DNA of 64,000 nucleotides from an uncultured Actinomycetota bacterium (GTDB lineage Bacteria; Actinomycetota; Actinomycetes; Propionibacteriales; Nocardioidaceae): NCBI GenBank assembly GCA_963709685.1, contig CAVPXH010000020.1, positions 79,838 to 143,837 of the forward strand, read 5' to 3'. Shown piece by piece: positions 61,279 to 64,000 of this stretch (position 1 is its first letter; each line of letters starts with the position of its first letter). The notes under the pieces were generated by a model. It saw only the letters and a program-made list of their open reading frames with translations, ran no database searches and was not told where the DNA came from. The position numbers and the translations under genes were made by a program.

Positions 61279-62796
61279 GTGAGGACACCTTCCCCGCCGC
61301 TGGCGGCGCTGGCCGGTGCGGTCACCGCGCTGGCCGGAGCGGCGGCGAGCTTTGCGAGCGCGAGCGTGCTCCATGTGCGCGCGGCGCCGATCCAGGCGGT
61401 GGCCGAGGTGGTCATCGTGCGCACCCCCGGCGCGGTGGCGGAGGCGCTGATCGGGCTGGTGGGCCGCAACGACAAGCCGCTGCTGGTCGCGGGCGTGACG
61501 CTGGCGGTGGTGGCGCTCGGCGCGCTGGCGGGGGTGCTGGCCCGCCGCCGCCCGTTCCTCGGACCCCTGCTCTTCGCGGCGATGGCGGTGATCGCGCTTG
61601 CCGCGCAGGTGAGCCGGCCCGCGTTCGCGCCCGCGGCCCTGGTTCCCCTGCTGGTCGGCACCGCCGTGTGGATGGTGCTGCTGCCCGTCCTGCTCGTGCG
61701 GAGGTCGTCTCCGCCGGCGCCCGCACCGGAGGTCGACGCGGCCCGCCGCGCCCTGCTGGTGCGCAGCGGCGCGGTGGCCGCGGGCGCGGTGGTCGTCGGG
61801 CTGGGGGGCCGGTTCCTCGGCCGCGGGACGCGCGCAGTCGAGGCGGCCCGACGCCGGCTCCGGCTCCCGGTCACGCATGGCGTGGTCCCGGCCGGCGCAG
61901 CCCCCGGCCCCTCCGGCACGGCGTCGTGGCGCACACCCAACGACGTCTTCTACCGCATCGACACGTCGCTGGTGCCGCCGACCGTCGACCCGCAGGCCTG
62001 GCGGCTGCGCGTGCACGGGATGGTGGACCGCGAGCTGACCCTCACCTACGACGACCTCCTCGCGCGGGGGCTGACCGGGGCCTGGGTGACCCTGTGCTGC
62101 GTGTCGAACCCGGTCGGCGGGGACCTCATCGGCAACGCGTGGTGGAGCGGCGTCCCGGTCGCCGACCTGCTCCGGGAGGCCGGCGTCAGGCCCGGGGCTG
62201 ACGCGGTGAAGCAGACCTCGAAGGACGGGTGGACGTGCGGCACCCCCTTGGAGGTGCTCACCGACGGGCGCAACGCGCTGCTCGCGGTGGCGATGAACGG
62301 CGCGCCGCTGCCCGTCGAGCACGGGTTCCCGGTGCGCACGGTGGTGCCCGGCCTCTACGGGTTCGTCTCGGCGACCAAGTGGGTCGTGGACCTGGAGGTG
62401 ACCCGGTTCGCCGACTTCACGGCGTACTGGACCGCGCGCGGCTGGTCGGCCCGCGGACCGGTGAAGACCGAGTCGCGCATCGAGGTCCCCCGCGCGGGTG
62501 CGCGGGTGGCCGCCGGGCAGGTGCGCGTGGGCGGCCACGCGTGGGCGCAGCACACCGGGATCGCGCGCGTCGAGGTTCGCCTCGACGGGGGACGCTGGCA
62601 GCCCGTCGCGCTCGGGCGCGTGCCCGGCCCCGACACGTGGGTGCAGTGGGCCGGGACCGTCACCGCCGCACCGGGTCCGCACACCCTGGCGGTGCGTGCG
62701 ACCGACCGCTCCGGAGCCACCCAGACCGGCGTGCGCCGCGACGTCGTACCCGACGGCGCGACCGGCTGGCACACGGTCTCCTTCACCGCCGTGTGA
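61279..62796 (+). CDS. Membrane-anchored molybdopterin oxidoreductase (sulfite oxidase family)
   Basis: N-terminal TM bundle, [43 protein letters not shown] and SATKW; C-terminal Ig-like domain. Confidence 0.9.
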   Translation: MRTPSPPLAALAGAVTALAGAAASFASASVLHVRAAPIQAVAEVVIVRTPGAVAEALIGLVGRNDKPLLVAGVTLAVVALGALAGVLARRRPFLGPLLFAAMAVIALAAQVSRPAFAPAALVPLLVGTAVWMVLLPVLLVRRSSPPAPAPEVDAARRALLVRSGAVAAGAVVVGLGGRFLGRGTRAVEAARRRLRLPVTHGVVPAGAAPGPSGTASWRTPNDVFYRIDTSLVPPTVDPQAWRLRVHGMVDRELTLTYDDLLARGLTGAWVTLCCVSNPVGGDLIGNAWWSGVPVADLLREAGVRPGADAVKQTSKDGWTCGTPLEVLTDGRNALLAVAMNGAPLPVEHGFPVRTVVPGLYGFVSATKWVVDLEVTRFADFTAYWTARGWSARGPVKTESRIEVPRAGARVAAGQVRVGGHAWAQHTGIARVEVRLDGGRWQPVALGRVPGPDTWVQWAGTVTAAPGPHTLAVRATDRSGATQTGVRRDVVPDGATGWHTVSFTAV

Positions 62797-62916
62797 GCCA
62801 GTTCACCAGACCGGGGTTTGCCGCGCGTACGGCCGGGGAAAGGGTCGGACGGAAATCTTGCGTGGCGCAACGAACTGCGCGACGCGGGGCGCTGGATCAA
62901 GACGGGAAGGCTCACC

Positions 62917-64000
62917 ATGGCTAGCCAGACGGCGACTCGGGAACAACCGCAGCTCAAACGACACGTCGGAATCCTCGGGCTGCTGTTCGCCAGCATCGGC
63001 TCGATCATCGGGTCGGGCTGGCTGTTCGGGGCGCTCAACGCCTCGGTGACCGCCGGGCCGGCGGCGATCATCTCCTGGGCGATCGGTGCGGTGATGATCC
63101 TGCTGATCGCGCTGGTCTACGCCGAGCTGGGCACGATGTTCCCGCTGTCCGGGGGAGTGGTGCGCTACCCGCACCTGTCCTTCGGGTCGTTCGCGAGCTA
63201 CACGACCGGCTGGATCACCTGGGTGGCGGTGGCCACGACGGCGCCCATCGAGGTGGAGGCGGCGCTGCAGTACGCCACGAACTACGCCCCCTTCACCGCC
63301 GCGCACCAGGTCAACGGCAGCACCGTGCACACCCTCACCGGGCTGGGCTACGCCACCGCGGTGGTGCTGATGGCGGTCTTCGTGGTGGTGAACTACTACG
63401 GGATCCGCTGGTTCGCCAAGATCAACACCACGCTGGTGTGGTGGAAGCTGTTCATCATCCTGCTGGTGATCGGCGCCTTCCTGCTCACCGCCTTCCACGG
63501 TTCGAACTTCAGCGCCTACGGCTTCAAGCCCCAGGGCTGGCACGGCGTGTTCACCGCGATCGCGACGTCCGGCATCGTCTTCTCCTACCTCGGCTTCCGG
63601 CAGGGCATCGAGCTCGCCGGTGAGACCGACAACCCGCGGCGCAACGTGCCGCTCGCCGTCATCGGCTCGGTGCTGATCACCGGCGTCATCTACATCGCGC
63701 TGCAGGTGGCCTTCATCGGGGCGCTCAAGCCCGCGATCCTCGGCCAGCACGGCGGCGGCTGGGCCAACCTCAGCTTCGCCAACGACTTCGGTCCCCTGGC
63801 CGCGGTCGCCAGCATCCTCGGGCTCGGCTGGCTGGCGATCCTGCTCTACGCCGACGCGATCATCTCTCCCGGCGACACCGGCCTGATCTACACCACGGTC
63901 ACCTCGCGGATCTCCTACGCGATGGCCCGCAACGGCAACGCCCCCGTGTCCCTGTCGAAGACCACGGACCGCGGCGTCCCGATGGTGAGCCTCATCGTCA
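62917..64000 (+). CDS. APC-family amino-acid permease, 3'-truncated by the window edge
   Basis: ATG 62917 after GGAAGG; SIIGSGWLFG, YAELGTMFPLSGG and YLGFRQGIELAGETDNPRRNVP; no stop before the window end, so absent from the ORF track. Confidence 0.92.
   Translation, partial: MASQTATREQPQLKRHVGILGLLFASIGSIIGSGWLFGALNASVTAGPAAIISWAIGAVMILLIALVYAELGTMFPLSGGVVRYPHLSFGSFASYTTGWITWVAVATTAPIEVEAALQYATNYAPFTAAHQVNGSTVHTLTGLGYATAVVLMAVFVVVNYYGIRWFAKINTTLVWWKLFIILLVIGAFLLTAFHGSNFSAYGFKPQGWHGVFTAIATSGIVFSYLGFRQGIELAGETDNPRRNVPLAVIGSVLITGVIYIALQVAFIGALKPAILGQHGGGWANLSFANDFGPLAAVASILGLGWLAILLYADAIISPGDTGLIYTTVTSRISYAMARNGNAPVSLSKTTDRGVPMVSLIV

Overview
High-GC actinobacterial chromosome segment (probably Nocardioides/Marmoricola-like; inferred from gene content such as mshA, senX3-regX3-phoU, carD, folP2 and npdG, and from repeat style). 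About 62 genes; no tRNA, rRNA, CRISPR array, transposase or integrase was recognised. Main blocks: (1) npdG-folP-lutABC, 1-5.7 kb. (2) A ~20 kb sugar-acid catabolic cluster, 5.9-26.3 kb: L-fuconate dehydratase, polar amino-acid-type ABC transporter, two FAH-family enzymes, KGSA-type ALDH, SDR, GntR, IlvD/Edd dehydratase, DHDPS-family enzyme, KdgK, TRAP transporter, an enolase-superfamily dehydratase, an uncharacterised U32-like protein and a GlcD-like oxidase. (3) An srsABC-like type III PKS operon, frameshifted. (4) GNAT with a Cys-rich domain, esterase, acyl-CoA synthetase, typA, a channel-like membrane protein, sirtuin and racemase. (5) A protealysin-type M4 protease apparently fused to its emfourin-type inhibitor. 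(6) mshA-ybjN, senX3/regX3-phoU with PHO boxes. (7) msiK, a sugar ABC transporter, GH1 and LacI. (8) gpmA, lipoprotein, UbiA, carD, a degenerate plus an intact ispD, a decayed OsmC-like gene with an in-frame UGA at the catalytic Cys position, ispF, a sulfite-oxidase-family Mo enzyme and an APC permease running off the edge. At least nine genes carry small indels, so many apparent fusions or pseudogenes in the ORF track may be sequencing errors. Family assignments rest on recalled motifs, not database searches.
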